From assembly GCA_050613775.1 (NCBI GenBank), contig JBODTK010000109.1, forward strand, positions 496,001 to 550,612: DNA of 54,612 nucleotides. The letters run 5' to 3'. Origin of the DNA: Neocallimastix sp. 'constans'. Taxonomy: Eukaryota. Under the pieces are notes generated by a model, which saw nothing but the letters and a program-made list of their open reading frames with translations, did no database searches and was not told the DNA's origin. Position numbers and translations under genes: made by a program. Shown piece by piece: positions 33,913-54,612 of the stretch (position 1 is the first letter of the stretch; each line of letters opens with the position of its first letter).

Positions 33913-35259
33913 AAAAAAAATGGACAAAATTATAAATAAAATATCTTAATAATAAGAATAAATAAAAGTTATAAAATTTAAGTGTTTATTCAATCTAGAA
34001 TAAATTATTTTAACAAGTGAAGTGTCAATAAGCCCAAGGTACAAGCACGTACCAAAAATTATTCCAGAAAAAAAAAAATAAAAAAAAAAGAATGAAGTAT
34101 AAAATTTTGGATTAAGTATAGAAATAATTATTAAAGATTTAATAAAACAGTAAATAATTAAAACATCATTATTAGCATTGAATTTTTATCTAGCATTTAA
34201 TATTTATTTAATATTCTACTTTAATATTGAGGGATAATTTGTTAATTCTTCGTTATTGTATTTATATAATCTATTAGTCTATATTAGGTGTTTACGATCA
34301 AACTTTGCAACATAAAACTTATTCACTACTATCTAATAAACCGAAATGCCAATTACCATTTGGAAGAAACATAATCTTCCAGATCTTGGATATTAGTCCG
34401 ATTCCAGTATAATTTAGAAATGTTTGTTATGATTTAACGTATTAATTCCAAGAATATGTTTTTTGAGATATTAAAGTCTTCATGAATATTACATGGAATT
34501 ATTTTATGTAAAATTTTTTTTTTGGAATTATGAATACTCTCTTGGAACTTTCATGATCATGAAAAAAATTAAGATAAATAATTATTATGTCATTGGTTCA
34601 TTATAACATACGTAAATTGTTGTTAAAACTTATGGCTTAGAAAAGTATTAGATAAAGATTTTTTTAACTAACTACTTATTAGATAAATTAGCAAATATAA
34701 ATGATAGATTAATTGTTATCTACATTGCATCAATAATAGATTCTCTATGTAGCATTAATTTAGTCATGTGTAAAATTATTCATATTTATTTGTAAAATAA
34801 ATTTTCCTATATTGTTAATTTATACATAGTACATCTTCATATGATGTTATATACTACCATTTTATTCAATTAAATAAATGGAATATAAATTCACAATCAA
34901 ATAATAATAACTTTTAAAAATAATAAAAGAATTGCAATTGCAAATTCATTTATAGATAATAGTAATTCTCTATTTTGTTGTTATAATTAATAAACTTTTA
35001 GTTAAAATTATAATTTAATGTATATATTATTCATATCATTGTAACAATAAGGGATTTATATTTTTATTAAATAGATTTATTATTATATTCCAATGAAATA
35101 GAGCTTTTAAATATTAAATAGACTACAAGGGGCAGGCGCTTTGAATTATTTGATTATTTTTTGAAACCTTAATATTAATATTAAAGCAGTATTTTATTAT
35201 AATTTTATTTTATTAAAATTATTATAAAGATTAATATATCATATAATTAGATATATTAT

Positions 35260-35525
35260 CTAAAAGAAGTTAAGCATTAATAGTAATGATAATAAAATTA
35301 ATAAAAGATTAATACCAATTTTGATAGAAACAGCATTACTGGTAGTTTGTCAAGATTTATCAGATTCTAACATTGAAATCATGTTTTATTGAATTTACTT
35401 CATCATACGACTAAGATCCAATACTGAAAGATGAGTCTTCATAAGCTCCATATTGACTAGCATCAATATCCTTTAAAAGTTTAATTAAAGATTCAGTACA
35501 TTTTTTAGATATACAAGTATTTGAT
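35260..35525 (-). pseudogene. Fragment of a secreted or GPI-anchored-type protein gene (C-terminal part)
   Basis: Minus strand reads NTCISKKCTESLIKLLKDIDASQYGAYEDSSFSIGS*SYDEVNSIK, then after a frameshift MLESDKS*QTTSNAVSIKIGINLLLILLSLLLMLNFF*. The Ser-Asn-Ala plus hydrophobic tail is GPI-signal-like; internal stops are present. Confidence 0.55.
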
Positions 35526-36259
35526 AAAGTAATTATTAAGAGGAATCCATCCATTATAATTATTAATATATAATTTATTAGAGTCTACCTAATTAAGTTG
35601 TAATAAGATTATTAGCTACAATGATAAATAATATTATTTATTATACATAATAATAATACATAGTAAAACAATACAATATAGTAAAATAATTATTAGGTTT
35701 ATGAATAAGAAGGTATATATAATTGACTTCTTTAACTTTACAAAGTGAGTCAGTCATCAGTTACTAATAATACTATACTAAATTTGAGTAAATAAAAAAT
35801 TAAGATTTTTAGAAATTTAAAATTTATTGAAAATCGAATCCACAAATTAATTTTTGGTTTTTTTATTTTATTTCACCAATCATATAATAGTATTTATGAT
35901 AAAAATATGTCTATATATATACAAATTTAAAATAATAGTAATGATTTTATTTCGTTTATTATCTTCAGCTCTAACTTTTGTGAATAAAAGAGAAGTTACT
36001 TAATTAAATACTATAAATATAGAAAAACTGTCATAAATGCTATTTAAATGTAACAAAATTATATAATTTGACTAATATATAAATGAAATAAGTAATTAAA
36101 CATAAATTCAATATACATATTTAAATAATATATCATAAACTTATTTATGCTAAATTATAAAATAATATTTTCACTAAGAAATTATTTTAAATATTATATC
36201 AATAAATAAATAAGTCTTTATGTAAGAGTGCAAACTATAAATATAAATATATATCATTG

Positions 36260-37430
36260 AATATGAATAATCTTGGTTATTATAAAGGATACAGATAATT
36301 CCGCTGTATTAAAATTGCTAAGACAATACAATAAATACAATGATGGAGAGTTTAGCTTTAATGATATAAAAATAATGATTTGCTTACTAATTAAAAACAG
36401 AAAAGCCAGGGAACTGACGTTTTGAAAGAATTGTTTGAGAATTATAGATATGATCAAAATTGCGAATTAAATAAACGTTTTAAGATGATAGTAATTTTAT
36501 TTGAAATTTGCTTTCATATCACAAAAATAAAAAATAAAGATTCCAGCGAAAGATTTAAAATTATCATTAATAAAGGAAAAAGAAGGGAAATCAAATTCAG
36601 TAGTTAATTTTAATATAGTTGACAATTTTATTGATGTTGCGTTAACAGATAGTAAATATAATATTACACCTATACACTTCATATGTGTATTTTTAACAAG
36701 GAAATTGTAGATATATTTCTAAAATATAGAGCTAATGCGAATATTCAAAATAATGAAGGCGAAATACCAATAAAAGTGCTTTTCTATACAACTCCTTCTT
36801 GTGAACTATTTAAGTTATTAATTAATCATAAAGCCCATCCATATATTACAGAATAATTTATGAAATATATTAATACAAAGATATTGTAAATATCTTTATG
36901 AACAAGACACAAATTGTTACAATTAATACTAAAAAAACATATTGATATAAATAATTCCAATAATGAAGGAGATATGGGATTAATAGTTGCTTGTAAATAT
37001 GAAATGTGATAGAAATCATATAGTAGATTTAATTGAGAACTGTGAAGCTGTAAATATAATTATTAATAAAAGCGAAATAGCATTATTTCTTACTTGTAAA
37101 CATTGTTACTCTATGATGGTTGAAGCGTTAGTTTTAAAATGTGATGATGTAAATATAGCAGATAATAGTAATATTATACCATTGCTTGTGGCTTCATAAG
37201 GTTTTGAAAATAAAAATAGCATATGTAGGATATAACAAATTTGTTAGTTGGAAGAACTGCTGATGTGAATGTAGTAGATAACGAAGGCAATATATCATTA
37301 ATGTTTGTAATTCAATATGGAACTTTACCCATAATAAAAGCTTTTATTGAACATAAAGCTAAACTTGATGCAAAAAAAACAAAAAATGGGCAAGTCATTA
37401 TCATTATAATAATAGAGTATCAGTAAATTA
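36260..37430 (+). pseudogene. Ankyrin-repeat protein pseudogene
   Basis: Broken ankyrin repeats ANANIQNNEGEIPI, IDINNSNNEGDMGL, DDVNIADNSNIIPLLVAS and ADVNVVDNEGNISLMFVIQYGTLPIIKAFIEHKAKLD, spread across frames with stops. Confidence 0.8.
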
Positions 37431-37960
37431 TTTGAACCAGCTTGGAGCTAAATATTAATTAGATTATTTTAGGATGTTATAAGTGTTGAAATATAAGTTA
37501 TTAATAAAATTATTTTTAAAATATTAAACATACTAAATTGTAAAAATGATTTATTGTTTTATTATTTAAAATAAATCAAAAAAAAAAAAAAAAAAAAAAA
37601 AAAGAATATTAATAATTTATTATTTTAGTTTTACTAATTTTTATTGGTAATATTTGTTGTAGCCCTTATAAACATTTAAACTTTGAATTGAGTTCATTTA
37701 TATTAACAATCAGTGATCATAATGGTAATATTCATAGGAATGCAATTGGTGATTACCTGACTATTGATATTAGTAATAAACAAGATGAATCAAAAATAAT
37801 TTCTATTGTTGATAATTTATAGTTATTAAATAAATTAACCGAAAGAAACGTGGTCTATCAGTTTATCTATATATATTTAATAATATGTTAAGATATAATA
37901 AATTATTATTATACATATATTATTTTTATGAATAATGATAGTCATATTTCATTACATTCT

Positions 37961-38175
37961 AATAAATAATAATAAATAATAAATAATAAATAATAAATAA
38001 TAAATAATAATAAATAATATATAATAAATAATAAATAATAAATAATAAATAATAAATAATAAATAATAAATAATAAATAATAAATAATAAATAATAAATA
38101 ATAAATAATAAATAATAAATAATAAATAATAAATAATAAATAATAAATAATAAATAATAAATAATAAATAATAAA
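37961..38175. repeat. (AATAAAT)n heptamer satellite
   Basis: Direct inspection; source of the spurious IIYYLLF ORFs. Confidence 0.95.
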
Positions 38176-38541
38176 AATTTCGCTTTTTATTTCCATTATC
38201 AAAAGCATCCATAAAATAATAAAATTAAATAAAATAAATTAAAATTTAAATTTTAAAATTTAAATGAAAAAGCTTTTCCAATATATTATAATATATTGAA
38301 GTATATGTATAATAGTTAAAAAATAGTTAATAAAATGTTAAAATATTATAAAAAATTTTAAATTTATATTAAAAGATATAAATTTATATCGATATATTTT
38401 ATATTTATTTTTGTAATATTGCATAATAAATAGAAATTACCATATTTTTTCTTTTATTTTTTTATATTAAATTTTAAAAAAATATGTTGTAAAATTAATA
38501 CTTTTTTTTTAAAAAAAAAAGATAAAATAAAAGTAAACATT

Positions 38542-38583
<42 letters not shown>

Positions 38584-38948
38584 GTATATATTAATATAAA
38601 AGCAATTAAAAAAATATTATATTATTTACAATTATTATTTTTTTTATATTATTAATAATATTAACTAATTATCGTATATATTTATTACTTTATATTAAAT
38701 ATATAATTTTATAATTAATAAAATATATAACAAATTTATTAATATTGCATATATAGAATATATTTTTTTTTTGTTTGAAAGTAAGTTTTAAATGTAAAAT
38801 TTAAATGTATTTTTTTTATTGATAAAATTTTTATTATTACTGATAGATTAATTTTAAATTATAAACTAACTTCTCTTTTTTTTTTTTTTTTTTTTTTAAA
38901 GAATACATATAATGATTTAAACCATTTTCTTTTACGTATATATAAAAC

Positions 38949-38980
<32 letters not shown>

Positions 38981-39317
38981 CACATAAAAAGATTCTGTCA
39001 TATAAAAAAGTTATAATTGAAGGCAAAAATAATAAGAAAATAGTAATAATAAAAATAATAATAATACTGTTTTCTTTTTATTTGTAGATTTCAATATTTT
39101 TCTATACTTATAAATATTAGTAATCAGTTGTGTTTAAAAGAAAAATAAAAAACAAATATAATAATAAAATAATAAACAAATCATAAACAAAAAAAAGAGA
39201 CCTATTCTATATTAAAACTATTATAGAAACTATAAATAATATAATTACATATATAAATATAAAATTAGATATCTTTATTTTTATAAATATTATTTTTCAT
39301 ATATATAAATAATTATA

Positions 39318-40255
39318 ATGGGAAATTCAAATACAAAAAGAAGTGATGATAGTAATTCGAGTTCAAATTGTAGAAAAAAAAAAGAATTTGTCGATCAACC
39401 AATTAACTATGGTTCATTAGTACCTCAAGGAATTTATACTGCTCCACCGGAATATGATATTGAAGTAGTAAGAGGATTTATTTTGAAAAAAAAATTAAGT
39501 CCTTTTTATAAAGGAATGGAAGAATATTTCGATAATCCTTTCCCAGGCGGTAGTTCTTCCACTAATCAAAATGTATTAAATGAAAGTTCAAAAGGAGAAT
39601 TAATATTAAATAATAACAATGAAATGATTGAAAATAATAATGATATTAATAGTATTAACACATCAAAAAATAAATTTACAAGAAGAAATAGTTTAAATGA
39701 GAATCGTGGAAGAAGAAGTAGAAATGGCTCATTTTCTTCTGGAAGAATAAGAAGAAATTCATTACATAATAATAATAATAATGGAAATAATAATGGAAAT
39801 AAATCAGATATTGAGGATTCCATAAATTTTTCATCTTCTGTATTATCACCTTCGTCTGTATATTCTTCATTAAAAGTTGATCCTGAGCATCCAATTTATT
39901 CAAAGGAAGAATTCTTTAAATACCCAATTGAGTGTCCAATTTGCTTTTTGGTAAAATAAATATTATATTAATATATAATAACATATAATATATATTATAT
40001 AATATATATATTAATAATAAAAGTCTTTATAATTTTTTTTTTTTATTATTCATTTTAAAATTTTTATAAGAATAAAACTCTTTTATTAATTAAATATATA
40101 TACCTGTATTATTTATTTATATTTTTATCTCTCAATATATATATATAGTATTATCCAAGAAATATAAATTATACTCGTTGTTGTGATCAGCCTATCTGTA
40201 CGGAGTGCTTTATTCAAATTAAAAGAACTTTTCAAAATCCTGAACCTACTTGGTA

Positions 40256-40286
<31 letters not shown>

Positions 40287-41379
40287 TTTATTTTTTATTT
40301 TTTATAATTTTTTTTTAGGTATTATTTGATAATATATAAATATTAAAATATTAATAATTATAAATTATTAATTATAAATTATTTTAAAATAAAAATCAAC
40401 TTAAATAATTTAATATAATAATTCTTAATTGTTATGATATTTAATTTTTTAATGAAAATATTTAGTTGTCCATTTTGTGTACAACCAAACTTTGGTGTAA
40501 CCTATTTATCTCCAGACTCTGAAGAATATCAAAAGCAATATGAAATATTAGTAAAAGCTAAAGAACGACATGAAACTGATTCTGAAAAACTTCTTTCACA
40601 AGGTTCAACTCCTGGAAGAAAAAGAAGAAATGTTATTAGCTATACTGATTCACATATAGTTACAAGTGGTAATTTAAATAAATATTCAAAAAAAAAAAAA
40701 ATTTTTTTTATATAAATATAATAAATATGTATATAATTTAATTATAATTTGTTTTTAATATTTTAAATTATAAAATAAAAATAATATTTTTAATAGTTTT
40801 TTTAATTAATTATAAAATTTCATTATAAACTTTTATATATTTAATATTTAAATATTTAAATTTTATTATTTATAAAGATGATATTTATCCCGGATGGAAT
40901 CTTAAATATGAACAATATCAAAGGGAACAACAACGTTTGGAAGGTAAATTTATATTAAAGTGTATATAATAAAATGCTTTAGTTAAATAAATATATAAAT
41001 TCAATATTATTAATTCAATATTCTAATAATAATATAATATAATACGATTTTTATAAAACATTATATTTTTATCAATGTTATTATAATAATATATTTAATA
41101 TATATATATATATATATTATTAAAGCTATGAGAGTAAGAAATTTTAATGCTCAAGTAAAGTAAGTATTCAATTCTTCTGAATTTTATATATTAATTAAAG
41201 ATAAATATAAATTTTAATGATTATTTTTTAATTTTTTTTTTTAAACTCTCTTAAATAAATATATTCTATATCACAGTAATAGTGCAGCTTTTGCTTTATT
41301 AAATGCTTTCCTTCAATTGCCATCCCAAGAAAATAACAATAATCGAAGAATTCGTGGTGGCTCTACTAGTAAGTATTTA

Positions 41380-41419
<40 letters not shown>

Positions 41420-42293
41420 TATACCTAAATAATATAATAAACATTAAAATAATTTTTATATAATATACATATAATATAAAATTATTAATATAAATAATAT
41501 ATTAAATCATATAATTTATTTTTTATTTTTTAAATATATATATATATATATATTTCATAAAAATTTTTATTTTATTTTATTTTATTTTATTTTATTTTAT
41601 TAAATCTGTACTTTATATTCATATTTCTACTATTTATTTTATTTTATTTTATTTTATTTTATTAAATCTGTACTTTATATTCATATTTCTACTATTTATT
41701 TTATTTTATTTTATTTTATTTTATTTTATTAAATCTGTACTTTATATTCATATTTCTACTATTTATTTTATTTTATTTTATTTTATTTTAATTTTTCATT
41801 AAATTTATATAAATCAAATTTTTAAGATATACGAAATTTAGGAAATGATTTAGAAGAAATAATGCTTTTAGAAGCTATTAGAAGAAGTTTAGCAGATAGT
41901 AACAATTCAAATGAAGAAATAAATAATATGACCACGATTGAGGAGGTTAATAATAATGCAACAATTAATTCAAATGAAAATGATAATACTTCTAATTTAT
42001 CTATTACAAATGTACCTGAAGTATCAACAGAAAATATCATAAATACTTCATCAATTAATGATAATGAAATTTTAAATACAGATAATACTATCGATAATCC
42101 TTCTTCCTCAAATGTTATTAATGTAGTCACAAATAATCAAAATAATGATAATAGAAATGATAACCCTGAAGAAAGTGGATATGTAAGGCATACCAATAAT
42201 AATAATAATAATTTAGATTTGACTAATAATTCTGTAAATGATAATAAAAAACCAAATATAATAGACTCGACGACACCTCATATAAATTCATAA
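39318..42293 (+). CDS. SIP5: Sip5-like RING-type protein with an N-myristoylation motif and a UIM-like motif. Exons approx. 39318-39950, 40149-40251, 40466-40668, 40878-40943, 41126-41159, 41277-41368, 41828-42293
   Basis: MGNSNTK start; LVPQGIY...[49 protein letters not shown]...[28 protein letters not shown]. Confidence 0.85.
41575..41790. repeat. Intronic minisatellite: three identical TAAATCTGTACTTTATATTCATATTTCTACTATTT cores separated by (ATTTT)n
   Basis: Cores begin at 41601, 41663 and 41730 (periods 62 and 67 bp). Confidence 0.9.
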
Positions 42294-42585
42294 TATTAAA
42301 TAAATAAATAAATAAATAAATACAAATTAAAATAAAAATAAAAAATAAAAATAAAAAAAATAAAAAAATATAAAAAATAAAAATAAATAAAATAAGTAAA
42401 TATATTTTATTTACTTTAAGTATTCATATTAATATTTTTATTTTATTCTTCCTTTTTTTATAATTTTGTGTTAATTTAATTTATTTTTATCTTTATTTTA
42501 TTTTATTTTATTTTTAGTTTTTATTTTATGTGTTAATATGCAATTATAATGTATATATAAAACTAATAAAAATAATAATAAATAG

Positions 42586-42625
<40 letters not shown>

Positions 42626-42658
42626 AAATAAAATAAAATAAAATAAAATAAAATAAAA

Positions 42659-42733
<75 letters not shown>

Positions 42734-42777
42734 AAAGGTTTAAAATGAAATCTAAATTTTATTAAAACAAGATATAC

Positions 42778-42823
<46 letters not shown>

Positions 42824-42953
42824 GGATTTTAAAAATTAAGCGTATTATATTATATATTATTTATTACTATTATTTTTATTTATTTATTTATTTTTTTTTT
42901 TTTGTATTTGATGATTAAGGTATCTTTGTTATTAATATTATAAATTAATTATT

Positions 42954-43017
<64 letters not shown>

Positions 43018-43063
43018 TATTTTATAATTATAATAGTAATTATTATTATTATTATTATTATTA

Positions 43064-47054
<3,991 letters not shown>

Positions 47055-47994
47055 ATTGACAGTTAATTCTTCAATTTAATAATAAATAAAAAAAGGATAA
47101 AAAAAATTTTTTTTTCTTTGAAATAAAAAATTCTCTGTTTGGTTATTAAAATTTTATAATATAATATAATATATATATATGTGTAAAAAAAATATCTATA
47201 ATGGGTGATTTTAAATTAAAATTACATTTATAATTAATCAAATAATTTGATTAAATTATCAAAATATGAATTTTATAAACGAAAATAGAAGTATTTCTAT
47301 TTTTATTTTAATATAATATATATATTTATTTTATGATATTTTTATTATAGTTTATTATAATTTTTTATTAGTATTATTTTCTTTTAACGACAAACTACTT
47401 TTATAAAAAATTTTCTTAAATATTTTTAATTTAAAATATATATAGAAAATTTTATTTTATTTTATTATTTAACAAATAGATTCTTTATAATTTTATTTAT
47501 TATCATTAGTTGATGAAAAAAATTTTTAATTATAATAATACAAAGATCATATATTTAATTTATAGGATTATATTAATTTATGGTTACATACCAAAAATTT
47601 TTAAAAATATATATTTCATTTTTAACATACATTTTTAATTTTATTTATTAAAGTATATCAAATAATTTTTTTTTTTTGAATGTGTAGTTCTTGATATTGA
47701 AAAAGATATATAAAAATATTTTTATAAATAAAATAATTATCAAAAAAAAGTATATATTTATGTAAGATATACTTATTTTTACGTTTATATTATTTTATTT
47801 CTAAAATATTTAATATTAAATATTTTTTAAGATTTTTATATGAATTTATATTTCTACTTTAAAAATCCTATATAATACATAGAAATTTATTTAATGCTAT
47901 ATATTAATGCAAAATAGTATATTTATTTATATTTATTTTTCCTTTGTTATATTTTTTTGATCAATAAAATAATTATTCGATACTTTTTTATTTT

Positions 47995-48044
<50 letters not shown>

Positions 48045-49210
48045 GAAAATTTGCCATTAAATAACATTATTCAAAAAAAAAAAAAAAAAAAAAAAAAGAA
48101 TTAAAAATTAAAATAACTTTAATATATATAAATATATTAAATTTTCATTATTGTTTATAGATAAAAACATTATCTTTAACTATGAAATAAAATATATGAT
48201 AATGCGAGTAAGGCGATATTTTATTTTTTTTATTAATTATATTTTGTAGAATAGAATAATTTGAAAAAGATAAACTAAAAGATTCTTTCAAAATATTAGA
48301 AAATATTAATACTGAAAAGGAAATATGCTTTTTCTAATAGAAAAAAACAAATCTTTATATTATAAAATAATGATATATAAAATATTTCTTTTCATACTTA
48401 AATTTTCCCAAAAAAGTTTATATATATATATATATATTTTTTTTTTAATTAAAAACTAAGAAATATATATCATTCCATAAAAATAACTATAATAAATAAG
48501 TTTATTCTTAAAAATAATGAAATAATTTTTTATAATTGAAAATATTCAGGAGTATAAATAAATTAAGAATTAATTAAATTATTTTTAATATAAATCATGA
48601 ATTATAATTAGTTTTATAAAAAAAAATTGGAATTACATAAATTAATGTAATTACATATAAAAATGTTAATCACGAAAAACAATCTATTAAATTATTATTC
48701 ATTAATAATTTTTTTTAATAATATATTCAAATATATTATCTACATATTATAAAATTTATTATTACCATAATTAAATATTACTTTATTATTTTAATTATTT
48801 TATAATATTATTCTAATTATTTAAATTATTTAATGAAATTTAATAAAATTTTAATATTTAAAATATATTGCTAATTACATAAAGGACTTGCCGTTTTAAC
48901 TAAAATAAAACAAAAAAAAAAAAAAAAAGCTTTAAATACTATTTATGAAGTAACAAGAATTTATTAATAGGAATTTTTAAAAATAAAAATTATATATATA
49001 TTTGTAATTAAATATATATATATATTTAAAAAAAAAAATTATAAAAATTTCAGGGATTATTTTAATAATATTATAATTAAAATAATTATATAATAAAAGA
49101 AATTAAATAATATTAATAAATAGTATAAACATAATTTATTAATAATTTTAAATTTTTTAATAAAGAAATTAAAAGAAATTTTATCTTTTGTGACCCTTTC
49201 ATTTTTAAAT

Positions 49211-49294
<84 letters not shown>

Positions 49295-49298
49295 TATT

Positions 49299-54612
<5,314 letters not shown>

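Noticed and set aside
41575..41790. CRISPR-like repeat-spacer appearance
   Set aside because: The intervening sequences are (ATTTT)n rather than unique spacers, the locus is a eukaryotic intron, and there are no cas genes.

Overview
Extremely AT-rich, intron-dense eukaryotic DNA with short GT-AG introns, (AAT)n and poly-T tracts and fungal gene content. It is most consistent with an anaerobic gut fungus (Neocallimastigomycota); this taxonomy is an inference. Genes in order: the 3' part of a four-SH3 adaptor (+); UTP21 (-) head-to-head with RNA polymerase I subunit RPA2/RPA135 (+); an LRR receptor-like membrane protein (-); a PX-BAR sorting nexin whose 5' end could not be found (+); an SV2/SVOP-like MFS transporter (-); a ~10 kb gene-poor zone with satellites and pseudogenes; Sip5-like RING protein (+); ASH2/BRE2 (-); and a DPP-IV-family (Ste13/Dap2-like) peptidase (+, runs off the window). 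Mobile DNA includes two degenerate LINE remnants, a short poly(A)-tailed retroposed insertion and a possible DNA-transposon end. The most notable feature is the LRR gene. It has a signal peptide, a plant-type LRR N-cap, LRRs encoded largely one per ~72-nt exon, and a 2-3 helix membrane anchor with no kinase. Its LRR block is flanked on both sides by copies of an unrecognised Cys-containing domain. Exon boundaries were read by eye and are approximate where marked.
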